Assembly: GCA_035516965.1 (NCBI GenBank)
Contig: DATIZR010000061.1
Coordinates: forward strand, 77,557-141,556
Length of the DNA stretch: 64,000 nucleotides
From: Nitrospirota bacterium
GTDB lineage: Bacteria > Nitrospirota > UBA9217
Direction of reading: 5' to 3'
Within the stretch, counting starts at the first letter, position 1; every line of letters starts with the position of its first letter. The notes beneath the pieces are model-generated. The model was not told where the DNA came from, ran no database searches, and was given only the letters and a program-made list of their open reading frames with translations. Shown here in pieces: positions 27,756-37,587 of this stretch. The translations under genes were made by a program, and so were the position numbers.

Positions 27756-29576
27756 TCAAATCTCCACGCGTGTCACGACGCCGTGCAGTTTGTTGTACGG
27801 CAGCTTGTAGAACTGCACGATGTTCGGGGTCAGGCGCTTGATGAACGAGAAGATACCCCAGATGATATTGCTCGGCTGGATGTCCTCGACCCCGTAGAAG
27901 ATCGTCTTCTCGTGGATCCCGGCCTCGCGCAGGATCTCCTCGACGTCAGGCACTTCCATGTATCCCATCTGGATCTCGAAGGAGCGCAGCCCCGGGGCCA
28001 GGTCATCCTTGAAATACCCCGTGACGCCAAAGGGGTCCTCGCGCTTCAGGATCGACACGATAATGTTGTCCTCGTAGATGATGTTGTTCTTGAACATGGT
28101 GTGCACGATGTAGGGGGGGATTTCCGCCGCAGTGCGGGAGAAATACAGCGCCGTTCCGCCGATTTTGCTCGCCTGTTGGTAGATCTGCCCGTAGCTCAGC
28201 AGGAACACATCGATCGGCAGGGGCTGGAGCGCGATGTACAGTTTGCGCTGTCCCCGGCGGTAGAGCATGATGATCGAGAACGGAATGGCTGCGATGATGA
28301 GCGACCAATAGCCGCCGTGCGGTATCTTGTAGGTATTTGACAGGAGAAAGAGAAAGGAGACAAGGGTCACGAAGACCGATACCGCCGCGCGGACGTATCT
28401 TTTCCTGAGCGAAAAGATCCAGGTCATGAATATGCCCGTCAGCGTCATCGTGCCGGTCACGGCAAGCCCGTAGGCAGCCGCGAGACTGCTCGACTCTCTG
28501 AATTCCTTGATGATGTAGAGGACGGCCAGGAGGAGGAACCAGTTCACGAAACCGATGTAGATCTGGGAATGCCGTTCCTCCGACGTGTAGTCGACCTTGA
28601 ACATGGGCATGATCCTCGTCGTGATGCCCTGGTAGACGATCGAGAACATGCCGCTGATCATCGCCTGAGAGGCGATGACCGTGGCGATGATGGAGAGCAC
28701 CAGGAACGGAACGTACAGGAACTGCGCCTGATGGTAAACCATTTCAAACAGGACGTTCCTGGCTCCGGGATGTTCGACAAGAAAAGCACCCTGACCGAGG
28801 TAATTGAACACGAGGGCCACGAACACAAAACGCCATGCCCGCACGATCGGCTCGCGTCCGAGGTGGCCCATGTCCGCATAGAGGGCCTCTCCGCCCGTTG
28901 CGCAGAGAATGACCTCGGATAGAACGAAGAATCCCGTGAGGCCGTGTTCGATGAGGAACCGCACCGCGTAGTAAGGATTGATCGCCTTGCACACCGAGGG
29001 GACATGGAGGATCGAGAGGAGGCCTGAGATCGTGAGGGAAAGGAACCACGCGATCATCAACGGACCGAACGCTCCTGCAACCCGCTCGGTCCCCCTCTTC
29101 TGGAATGAGAACAGGAGGACCGCGATGGCCCCGGCGATCACGATGAGGGATTGCTGACTCATTCCCTCGAATCCCTTGATCAGGAGTATGCCTTCCACCG
29201 CGGAAAGAATGCTGATGGCGGGCGTAATGACGCCGTCGCCGATGATGAGGGAAATGCCGATGAAGGACAGCAGCGTGACGAGCGCGACCTGCCGGCTCGA
29301 TTTCAGGAGCGGGACCAGCAGTTCCCGCAGGACGATCGTCCCGCCCTCGCCCCGCCTGCCCAGGCTCATGGCAAGCCAGGCATACTGCACCGTGACAAGG
29401 AGGATCAGCGTCCAGACGATCAGCGACAGGACGCCGATGACGTTGCGTTCCGTTCTGACGATGGTGGGAAGCAGAAAGATGACGGTGAGGGTGTAGATGG
29501 GGCTCGTGCCGATATCGCCGAACACGAGGCCGAGGGAACGTACAATTCCTTTGACCGGAGAGGTTTTATCGGGCAT
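27756..29576 (-). CDS. kup: KUP/HAK/KT family potassium transporter
   Basis: 606 aa with Kup motifs (GDIGTSPIYT, GGEALYADMGH); start at MPDKTSP. Confidence 0.9.
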   Translation of the reverse strand: MPDKTSPVKGIVRSLGLVFGDIGTSPIYTLTVIFLLPTIVRTERNVIGVLSLIVWTLILLVTVQYAWLAMSLGRRGEGGTIVLRELLVPLLKSSRQVALVTLLSFIGISLIIGDGVITPAISILSAVEGILLIKGFEGMSQQSLIVIAGAIAVLLFSFQKRGTERVAGAFGPLMIAWFLSLTISGLLSILHVPSVCKAINPYYAVRFLIEHGLTGFFVLSEVILCATGGEALYADMGHLGREPIVRAWRFVFVALVFNYLGQGAFLVEHPGARNVLFEMVYHQAQFLYVPFLVLSIIATVIASQAMISGMFSIVYQGITTRIMPMFKVDYTSEERHSQIYIGFVNWFLLLAVLYIIKEFRESSSLAAAYGLAVTGTMTLTGIFMTWIFSLRKRYVRAAVSVFVTLVSFLFLLSNTYKIPHGGYWSLIIAAIPFSIIMLYRRGQRKLYIALQPLPIDVFLLSYGQIYQQASKIGGTALYFSRTAAEIPPYIVHTMFKNNIIYEDNIIVSILKREDPFGVTGYFKDDLAPGLRSFEIQMGYMEVPDVEEILREAGIHEKTIFYGVEDIQPSNIIWGIFSFIKRLTPNIVQFYKLPYNKLHGVVTRVEI

Positions 29577-29659
29577 CTGAGGGGGAGCTGTTGAGAAGAG
29601 ACAATGAGAGTTCCCGCCTGCGTTGCGGACAGCGTGGTCGTGCGACCAGCACCATTGAA

Positions 29660-29712
29660 AGGGATGCAATAAAGAACACGGATCGGGTCGTTACGCCGCA
29701 ATCCGTGTTCTC
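29660..29712 (-). terminator. probable intrinsic terminator downstream of tatA
   Basis: 10-bp perfect stem (GAACACGGAU...AUCCGUGUUC) followed by UUUAUU on the minus-strand transcript. Confidence 0.55.
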
Positions 29713-29747
29713 TGTCACCGCTCCGGGCGCCGAAGAGGACGCCCAAA

Positions 29748-29942
29748 CTATGCCTTTTTTTCTTCGCTCTTCTGCTCCGCCATGGGTGTCGCCTGAGTCT
29801 CGTCCCTCATGGCCTTCTTAAAGGACTTGATGCTTTTACCGAGACCCTCTCCCAGTTCGGGAAGCTTGCCGGGACCGAAAATGATAAGAACGATCACCAG
29901 GATCAGGATCAGGTGCATCGGCTGGAAAAGACCTTCAAACAT
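29748..29942 (-). CDS. tatA: twin-arginine translocase subunit TatA/E
   Basis: 64 aa, N-terminal TM helix plus [10 protein letters not shown] hinge and amphipathic helix. Confidence 0.85.
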   Translation of the reverse strand: MFEGLFQPMHLILILVIVLIIFGPGKLPELGEGLGKSIKSFKKAMRDETQATPMAEQKSEEKKA

Positions 29943-29971
29943 GGTTCATCCCTCCCTATCGGAATGGGTTC

Positions 29972-30000
29972 ATTATACGCACGGTCCCCCGTACTGTCAA
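29972..30000 (-). promoter_or_regulatory. near-consensus sigma70 promoter for tatA (TTGACA-N17-TATAAT)
   Basis: On the minus strand: TTGACAgtacgggggaccgtgcgTATAAT, then AGGGAGGG RBS and the ATG at 29942. Confidence 0.5.
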
Positions 30001-30957
30001 CAGGAATTCAGGCGCCCATGCCCTCCCGGCGCGTTTCCTGCGACACGGCGCTCCCCGCCAGCTCATAATTGCCGTTCATGAACTTCTGCGCGAATGCCCT
30101 ACATCGCGGTCGTCCTTCAGTACGGCGTCGAGCTGACGGGTATATCGTGGGCAGAGGGAAGATGAGGACGAGCGCATGGATCAGATCGTGCCGATATCGC
30201 CGAACATCGAACAGGGATTTTAAGGGTACCTTTGAATGGGGAGGCGTTGTCAGGCATAAAAAAATGCGTAACGGGCGGTTCGCGGAGTGTCGCTGCGATC
30301 AAGATTAATACGGTTGCCGGGACAAGACAGGGTAGAACAGCAAAGGTTCAAGCCAAAATAGACATATTCTCCAGCTGGCAGAATAGTGCTGCCGGTTTGA
30401 GAGGGGGGTTCTCCTCACCCTGAAAAGAACCTTGACTCCGGCATATGTCCGCCGTATAATTCGGGGCATGAAGGGAACGAAGAGAATAGTCATTGGCATT
30501 ATAGCAATACTCTTCATCCTCGCAATCATTCCTGCTTTTTACCCGGGTGAGGATGATGCCCTTGGCCGGGACTGTCCTTTTTGCAGGGCCTATGGTCAGC
30601 TGTTTACCGCAACAATAAACACCTTCAATGAATTCGGCTTTCATCTCTGCTGGATCATAACTTCCCCGTCCGTCGAAGATTCGTGCAATTTGCCGAAAGC
30701 ACTCCCCTCATCCGCAGTAAGTCGCGCTCCTCCTGCATAGTGACCCCTTGATTTCCCGATTCATGTACTCACGATAGACAGTGCCGTCAACAACCGACTT
30801 TTTTGCGAACCCGCTACGCAAAATTGCGGGGCGAGCATCATGGCTGCTACCCGCGTGTGGTCCCGCGTCGAGCGATTGCGTTTCCCCCATTAATAATAGG
30901 GTTGTCCTGTTGCAGCATTGTCGTCGGCCTTTGCTTTCCATGCATGGGGGTGAACCT

Positions 30958-31593
30958 ATGCCGACCATTCAGGCTGAAGCTTACAATAACGAAATCTTTC
31001 ATTGTGCGCGTTGCAGGTGTCGTTATCGGGCGAGGGTCGCCACCTGGGTAGACGTTTCCCGGTCGCCGCAGGTAAAGGCCCTCATGCAGCGATGGGAATT
31101 CAACACGATCACCTGCCCTCGCTGCGGACACCGGCAGTTTTCAGGCACCTTTTTTTTCTATGAAGACTTTTTGGAGGGGATGCTCGTCGCCGTTTTCCCC
31201 GATGTCCCCGCCGATCCAGGGTTCCAGGAAGAACAAATCAAACAAGTGTACGGCTACTATCCTACACTCGATTTTTTCTACGACATGACCCAGCTGTGGT
31301 TCCTGATTTATCTGCAGGAGCACTATAAGAATAACAAGCCGCAGAGTACGGCATCGGAAATCGGCCGGGGGAAACAGCAGCTTCAGACATTCCTTCGGTT
31401 CGTCAAAAGGGACCCGCTGATGCTTACGCTCCGCAAGACGCTGACGGAGACGGTTTCCGGGAACAAAACAAGCGACGACCTCCAGAACATAATATGGCGC
31501 GCTCTTGCCAAGATAGAAGGGGTATCTCCCGGACGTCGCGGCCTAGGTGACGCCGCCGTGCGGATGAGCCGGCGGCCGGCCACGTCTGCATAG
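30958..31593 (+). CDS. CpXC domain protein
   Basis: Two zinc-ribbon halves (HCARCRCRY ... TCPRCGH) typical of the CpXC family; start at MPTIQ with a GGGGG RBS. Confidence 0.6.
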   Translation: MPTIQAEAYNNEIFHCARCRCRYRARVATWVDVSRSPQVKALMQRWEFNTITCPRCGHRQFSGTFFFYEDFLEGMLVAVFPDVPADPGFQEEQIKQVYGYYPTLDFFYDMTQLWFLIYLQEHYKNNKPQSTASEIGRGKQQLQTFLRFVKRDPLMLTLRKTLTETVSGNKTSDDLQNIIWRALAKIEGVSPGRRGLGDAAVRMSRRPATSA

Positions 31594-31738
31594 ATCGAAG
31601 CGGTCTCGGGATATGTTGCTCCTCTCCGATGCCGCGATTGCCGCACCCTTACCGGATGCCGGAAACCGGAGCCCCTCGGCGCGCTTCTCTTTGCTGTCAT
31701 GACCGGTGGGTAGCCGGTACAGTTTAGGAGGGAATTTT

Positions 31739-32764
31739 ATGCACCTTATGCGCCTGAAGAAGTACCCTGTGCTACTTATCGTGGCTCTTACATTTGCCAT
31801 CACGTACCTGCACTATTCCGCCGCGGTGGCAGTCCAGACCCTTCACAATATCTACCGAGAATTGTACTATATTCCTGTGCTTCTGGCCGCTCTCGCGTAT
31901 GGCCTGCGAGGGGCCCTCTTGTCTTACCTCCTGGTCTTTGCTCTCTATCTTCCCTACGTTATCATGACATGGCCCGGCTCGGCCCTGAACGAGACGAACC
32001 GTTTACTGCCGCTCCTTTTGCAAGGACTGTTCGCCATGATAGCGGGATATCTGGTCGATCGTGAAAGAAAACAGAGAGCGCAGTTGGAACAAGAACGGTA
32101 TCTCGCGGACATCGGACGGATCACGACGGTCATCGTGCATGATCTCAAGAACCCGCTCGTCGCAATAGCCGGGTTTGCCCGACGCATCAGGGAAGGCAAG
32201 GGAAGGACTGAGAACGCGGCAACGGTGATCATGGAAGCTACCGAGCAGATGGAGAATATCGTGACCAGCGTACTTGATTTTTCCAAACCAGTATACCTGG
32301 ATTTCAAAAGGCTCGATATAAGAGACCTCGTTCAACGCGCCGGCGACTCGTGCAGAATGAGGGGCGATCAGAGGTCGGTGGCCCTTTCAATTGACCTGCC
32401 GTCCCTTCCTGTGAACGGATGGGCCGACACTTGTCAACTGGAACGAGCACTCGTCAATCTTATTCTCAACGGTATTGACGCATCGGAGAGGGGGCAGAGC
32501 GTTTCGATCAGCATGACGGCGCATGGCCATGAACTCACCATCAGGATTGCTGATCAGGGTTCGGGCATGACCACGGAAACCCTCGAGCATATCTTCGTCC
32601 CCTTTTATACAAAGAAGCCCGACGGGACGGGCCTCGGTATGCCCATCGCAAAGAAGATCGTCGAAGCCCACGGCGGAAAAATCCACGTCAGCAGCACGCC
32701 AGCGCACGGGACCGTGGTGGCGGTAGAATTGCCACTTGAGGGAAGAGACAAGGTGATTGAATAA
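31739..32764 (+). CDS. membrane sensor histidine kinase (HisKA + HATPase_c)
   Basis: 4 predicted TM helices, H-box VIVHDLKNPL, N/G1/G2 boxes. Confidence 0.85.
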   Translation: MHLMRLKKYPVLLIVALTFAITYLHYSAAVAVQTLHNIYRELYYIPVLLAALAYGLRGALLSYLLVFALYLPYVIMTWPGSALNETNRLLPLLLQGLFAMIAGYLVDRERKQRAQLEQERYLADIGRITTVIVHDLKNPLVAIAGFARRIREGKGRTENAATVIMEATEQMENIVTSVLDFSKPVYLDFKRLDIRDLVQRAGDSCRMRGDQRSVALSIDLPSLPVNGWADTCQLERALVNLILNGIDASERGQSVSISMTAHGHELTIRIADQGSGMTTETLEHIFVPFYTKKPDGTGLGMPIAKKIVEAHGGKIHVSSTPAHGTVVAVELPLEGRDKVIE

Positions 32765-32995
32765 AAACGGAGCAGACGAAGTTATTGAACCTGCGACAGA
32801 TGGACCACGATCCATCGGCCGGCTTGAAGAGGAACTCGCTTACGCACTCGACTTCGCAGGATCAGCCGCGCGAAGGGATGGCATTTTTAACAGAACGTTT
32901 CATCAAAAGAACAGTTTTTTCGGTGGCCCGTGCAGGTTTCGTCAGGTATTGAGTTTGCTGATCCAAAGCCGGAAAAACCAAGATCGGGGGCAGCA

Positions 32996-33307
32996 ATGAC
33001 CGCAGGAAATAACGACAGAAAGAATGTATCGAAACACATCTTGCCGGCGTCCTCAAACCTCCTGGGGCTATGTTTTTTGATCCTTTCGCTGAAAAAGCTC
33101 TGGAAGGGGAACGGCGTGGGGCGGATTATTGACAAGATGGACGGCGTAGTGATCCTGATTTTTCTTACCGCCAGTTTGCTGTCATATGCATCAATGAGGG
33201 CGACCCGGCATGGAGATCGGTACGAAAAAACTGCCGACATCTTCTTCCTGGCCGGCTTGCTTCTGTTGTCTCTCATTGCGATCGTCACGGCTTTTGAACT
33301 GACCTAG
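32996..33307 (+). CDS. hypothetical small membrane protein
   Basis: 103 aa with 3 hydrophobic helices; no family assignment. Confidence 0.4.
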   Translation: MTAGNNDRKNVSKHILPASSNLLGLCFLILSLKKLWKGNGVGRIIDKMDGVVILIFLTASLLSYASMRATRHGDRYEKTADIFFLAGLLLLSLIAIVTAFELT

Positions 33308-33375
33308 CAGAGGCCCCCCTCCCGCTGCTGCCGATACGATTTCGGGAACAAGACAGACTGATGCAGTACCTTCCT

Positions 33376-34431
33376 TCACCGGGATTGACGGTCCACCTCG
33401 TCATAGATGAGCGTTGTGATATCACGGATGACGGCTACCAGTTTATCGGCATCTTCCCCGCGGGCCATCACCCCCATGAGATAAGGCCGGCTCGGTTGAT
33501 AGACGATCCCGAACGCATGGAGCTGCGTCAAGCGTCCATCACTGTCTGCGCTGCCCGGGCCTTCATCGATCATTCTCCTGCCGAACTTGAACGCGCAATC
33601 GACGTTGGAGGGGATGCCTGCGACCATCCCGCTCTTGAACACCGACCGGGAGAGAGTGTGCAGCGCTTTTTCCGACGTCTCCTTGTTCAGATACGAGGCA
33701 CGGTACAGAACACGGTAGAACGATGCATAGGCGCTGAAAGGCACCGGGGAGTCTTTTTTCCCCGGATCGTAGTTCACGTAGATATCCTTGAATATCCTGT
33801 CCAGGTAGCCCGGGGACAGATTGGCCGCGAGCAACGCGTGGGCATCTGCGTCGTCATGGACGATCATCCTGAAGATCAGGTCATCAACAGTATAGGACTT
33901 TCCCGCCTCGAGCGGCTGGTAGGAACTCTCGACAGGCCGTTCTTCTCTGACGATGTTCCCTGTGTAGGCGACCCTTCTCTTCAGAACGAGAGGATCCGAC
34001 TCCGACCATTTGAAGTAGGCGATCATCAAGGGCAGCTTCAACAGGCTTTCGGAGGAGAAGGTTTCGTTTTCCCGGATGCCGAAGTGGTGGCCGCCGTTCA
34101 GGTCGCGGAAATACACCGACAGGGCTGACGCGTCATGTGCCCGCAATTTGCTTTCAATAAGCGCGGCAACCTTATACCGGAACGGCTTGAGGTCCCCGCG
34201 GGCCTGCACCCGGTCCGGGTTCTTGCGTCCCGATAAGGGGTGTACGAACCTGAATTCTCCGGGCCTGTCCGTCGCAACTTCGTCACTCTCGTCGCTGCTG
34301 TTCTCGTATATGCCGCCGAGAATCCCGGTGGCCCTGCCGATAAACGCACCGGATGAAAATGCCGCCAGCAGGAGGACGGCCATGAGAGACCGCCTGATGG
34401 TTACACTTTTTTTCCGTTCCTGGTCAGACAT
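33376..34431 (-). CDS. serine hydrolase, class A beta-lactamase/PBP-like
   Basis: N-terminal signal/TM, SxxK (SLLK) and downstream conserved blocks; distant family-level call. Confidence 0.65.
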   Translation of the reverse strand: MSDQERKKSVTIRRSLMAVLLLAAFSSGAFIGRATGILGGIYENSSDESDEVATDRPGEFRFVHPLSGRKNPDRVQARGDLKPFRYKVAALIESKLRAHDASALSVYFRDLNGGHHFGIRENETFSSESLLKLPLMIAYFKWSESDPLVLKRRVAYTGNIVREERPVESSYQPLEAGKSYTVDDLIFRMIVHDDADAHALLAANLSPGYLDRIFKDIYVNYDPGKKDSPVPFSAYASFYRVLYRASYLNKETSEKALHTLSRSVFKSGMVAGIPSNVDCAFKFGRRMIDEGPGSADSDGRLTQLHAFGIVYQPSRPYLMGVMARGEDADKLVAVIRDITTLIYDEVDRQSR

Positions 34432-34457
34432 TTCTTCTCAGGCCGGTTCCGCGAAGG

Positions 34458-37004
34458 TCAGAAGTCATAGACCCCGTCCAGAAAATCACGGGCATAACGA
34501 TCAACGGCGGCATCATCATACAGCACAGCATCCAGCTGCCGGGTATAGGAAAAAAGCCTTCCCATCTGGTCCAGCAGCCCCTCCGCGTCCGCCTGTGGCA
34601 CATTCGCGAGCCGGGCTACGATCAGGTCCCCTTTGGTCTTGATGTTGAACCCATACGCTCCCAGAATTGCGGCGAGAAGCTGCAGCCGCCTCGATCGCTT
34701 GGTCATGTCCGTGGCTCCTCCGGCGAACCTGAAATAAATATGGTTATTTCTGGTGTTTTCGCTGCAATAGCAGTCGAGGATGATGAAGTGGTAGCCGAAT
34801 TTAAGGCTGATGTTCGCATACTCCCGCGAAATGACGGCCATGTTCGCCTCCACCCGTCCGCCAGTCTCGGTCGTAATGTCCGGCACCCGCAGCATGCTCG
34901 CCATGAAATCGTTGACCTTGAGCGGCACCGCATCGGAGCGCCAGAGCCCCGGCCTGGTCATGCCGGTGATGATCGCGCGCAACGGAAGAGACGTGACCTG
35001 CTCCGCGGCGACCTGCTTCTTCCCTTGCGGATTGTCCAGACCGCCGCCGATATCGATCAGCAGAATATCCGCCGGTATTGGCAGGTCCAGTTTCACGGCT
35101 CCCGCCTTGACCCCGCGTTCCGCGCCTTCGATCAGCGCGGCTACCGCTTTCTCATGGATGAACCGCAGGATGTCGTGCATCGTCCTGCAGGCCCTGGGCG
35201 TAAACTCGTCGCGGAGGGGATCAACAAGATTCAGTGGCGCGATATAACGGAGGAGGTACCGCTTCTTGCGGAACTCGAGGAGTTCTTCCAGTCTCACGCT
35301 GTCATCCTGCGCCCGTTCCAGCACCGGTTTGGCCAGACCCTGGTACAGCGTTGCGCCATCGCCGTCCACCTGGACCGTGATCTCCTGCCCCTGGCTCAGC
35401 ACCTGGGTCGCATTCCCGGCGTTGACGACCGTCGGTATCTTGAACTCCCGGCACAGGGTTGCCATGTGACTCGTGGGCGTTCCGCTGTCGGTGATGATCG
35501 CGGACACGCCGGTCATCACTCGGACAAAATGAGACGAATCGTGGCGGGCAACCAGGACGGCCCCCCGGGGGATGGCATCCAATTCACTGTCCTGCTTGAG
35601 AATGAAAACGCGGCCTGCAGCCGCGCCTTTGTACACGGCAAGACCGCGGTTGCGCAGAACGATGCGCGCGGCGGGCGGGCCGGGAACCGCGTCCGCTGGG
35701 CGAGCCGTCTCGTGGGACAGCCTGAGCGGACGCGACTGAAGAATATAGGGTTCCCCACGGCTGTCAAGGGCCCACTCGATGTCCTGCGGGCCCTTGAAGT
35801 GTTGTTCGACCCGGAGAGCGAGGCTGGCCAGTTCCGTGACCTGCGTGCGGGACAGGCTCGGCCGGCTGCGCTTGTCCTCCGGCGTTGCAACCGACGTAAC
35901 GCCCTCGTTCCCCATTACGACCATCGTGTCCTTGGCGCCCGTTCTTTCCTCGATCAATTCCGGGGGGTCGCCCTTTTTCACCCTGAAAAGATCAGCGTCC
36001 GTCTCTCCTTCAACGATCGCGGTGCCCAGACCCCAGGCTGCGTTGATGACCATGGTTCCAGGATCTCCCTGGGGATCTGACGTGTACACAACACCGCTTG
36101 TCAAGGCAGGCACCATCGCCACGCAGGCCACGGCCATTTTCATGCTCCGGATGTCATGGCCCATCCTGCGTCGATACGCCGCAGCCTTCTCCGAGAAGAG
36201 ACTGGCCACCACCTCCCGGTAGGCCTTGTCCACGGCGGCCGTCTCCAAGGGAACGTTCAGGACCGTCTCGAACTGTCCCGCAAAGGAGAATTCGCCATCC
36301 TCCTCAACGGCGCTGCTCCGAACGGCCAGTGTGCAGCCGGCGCCGCAGCGCGACTTGATTTTTCTGACGGCCTTCTCGAGGGCGCGGCTGAGCTCCGGGG
36401 GCAGGGCCCCTTTCCGGACCCGCTCCTGCACTTCGGGAAGGGAAGGCTCAGCGGCAAAACCTTCGTCCTGAGATGGGTCGAATATGCCGTTCTGGCGCAT
36501 GAACGCGTCGAAGGCGCGGGTCGTCACCGCGAAAGCGTCCGGGACATGCAAGTGGAGGGCATTTTTAATCTCGGCGAGGTTGTTGTTCTTGCCGCCCAGG
36601 GCGGCCGACATGTCGCCGCTCACCTGTTCGTAGAAAAGAACGAGTGCATCCGGCATGGGGACCGTCTCGTCGATAACACGCCGTATGTGCGCGTCTATTT
36701 CCATGAACCGTTGCCGAAGCCGGGGATACCGGCCCCGCGTGAGCGTGTCGAAGCCATTGACCGATTCTTGCACAGCCGCGGACAGTTCGCCGTAGGAACG
36801 CCTGACATACTGGATGTCGAAGAGATAGTCCCCTCCCAGCGTATCGCCCATTTCGGTGATCACTTCGAGCGATCGGTTGTTCCGGTCGAGGACCTCGCGG
36901 AAGTCATGAAACAGCCGGCCGAACTCATCCTGACTGCGACCGCGGGGGCCGGCAAAACGGAACAGCGATTTTAATTGTGAGGTCAGTCGGTGCATTGCCA
37001 TCAT
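34458..37004 (-). CDS. PEP-utilizing enzyme family protein (pyruvate,water dikinase/PEP synthase-like) with atypical C-terminal domain
   Basis: 848 aa: N-terminal ATP-grasp-like PPDK_N domain, central phospho-His swivel domain (GTPTSHMATLCREFKIPTVVN), C-terminal about 300 aa without the obvious PEP-binding TIM-barrel signature. Confidence 0.75.
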   Translation of the reverse strand: MMAMHRLTSQLKSLFRFAGPRGRSQDEFGRLFHDFREVLDRNNRSLEVITEMGDTLGGDYLFDIQYVRRSYGELSAAVQESVNGFDTLTRGRYPRLRQRFMEIDAHIRRVIDETVPMPDALVLFYEQVSGDMSAALGGKNNNLAEIKNALHLHVPDAFAVTTRAFDAFMRQNGIFDPSQDEGFAAEPSLPEVQERVRKGALPPELSRALEKAVRKIKSRCGAGCTLAVRSSAVEEDGEFSFAGQFETVLNVPLETAAVDKAYREVVASLFSEKAAAYRRRMGHDIRSMKMAVACVAMVPALTSGVVYTSDPQGDPGTMVINAAWGLGTAIVEGETDADLFRVKKGDPPELIEERTGAKDTMVVMGNEGVTSVATPEDKRSRPSLSRTQVTELASLALRVEQHFKGPQDIEWALDSRGEPYILQSRPLRLSHETARPADAVPGPPAARIVLRNRGLAVYKGAAAGRVFILKQDSELDAIPRGAVLVARHDSSHFVRVMTGVSAIITDSGTPTSHMATLCREFKIPTVVNAGNATQVLSQGQEITVQVDGDGATLYQGLAKPVLERAQDDSVRLEELLEFRKKRYLLRYIAPLNLVDPLRDEFTPRACRTMHDILRFIHEKAVAALIEGAERGVKAGAVKLDLPIPADILLIDIGGGLDNPQGKKQVAAEQVTSLPLRAIITGMTRPGLWRSDAVPLKVNDFMASMLRVPDITTETGGRVEANMAVISREYANISLKFGYHFIILDCYCSENTRNNHIYFRFAGGATDMTKRSRRLQLLAAILGAYGFNIKTKGDLIVARLANVPQADAEGLLDQMGRLFSYTRQLDAVLYDDAAVDRYARDFLDGVYDF

Positions 37005-37125
37005 AGCTCAAAATAATAAGTGGGCCGCCTGCAAACGGATGGACGCGGACCGGTGCCATGGCCAATGCCGCGCCGAGATGCCTTCGGGACAGTCTTTCGA
37101 CTTCATCCGCGTCCGGATACAAGGC

Positions 37126-37497
37126 TCAGGCCTGCTTTTCCAGTGCCCGCTTGATCGACGCTTTCAATTCCTTGATCTTGACCGGTTTCGGGAAAAAATC
37201 ATGCACTTCCCGTCGCAGCGCTTCGATGGCGGCGTCGAGGTTGGCGAAAGCGGTGATCATGATGACCTGGGTAGCGGGGTAGCGGTCCTTGACCGTCTTC
37301 AGCACCTCCATGCCGTCGATCCCTTTCATTTTATAGTCGGTCACCACGACGTCGAATTTCTCGTCCTGCAGCCGCTTGAGCGCCGGCTCGGCGTTCAAGA
37401 AGGTTTCGACCACGTAGCCGTCCTGCTCGAGCGACAATCTTGCCATGTCTCCCACGATTTTTTCGTCATCAATGACCATGATTCTGCTCTTCGCCAT
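37126..37497 (-). CDS. single-domain response regulator (CheY-like receiver)
   Basis: MAKSRIMVIDDE..., D-D-D-T-K receiver residues; strong RBS AGGAGAGGAG. Confidence 0.85.
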   Translation of the reverse strand: MAKSRIMVIDDEKIVGDMARLSLEQDGYVVETFLNAEPALKRLQDEKFDVVVTDYKMKGIDGMEVLKTVKDRYPATQVIMITAFANLDAAIEALRREVHDFFPKPVKIKELKASIKRALEKQA

Positions 37498-37587
37498 GTA
37501 TGTCTCCTCTCCTGTTTGGTCAGCCAAACGTGCAATCCCGGCAGAGCGGGTTCGCCGGGACCTTACTGATGCCAATGCTGGTCTCTT

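Noticed and set aside
29577-29747. possible c-di-AMP (ydaO) riboswitch in the kup 5' leader
   Set aside because: The leader lacks the conserved ydaO sequence blocks; the prominent hairpin there is better explained as the tatA terminator.
30432-30740. 102-aa ORF with one hydrophobic helix in the degenerate tatA-CpXC spacer
   Set aside because: Weak RBS, atypical composition, and it lies in a region that looks decayed; not supported as a gene.
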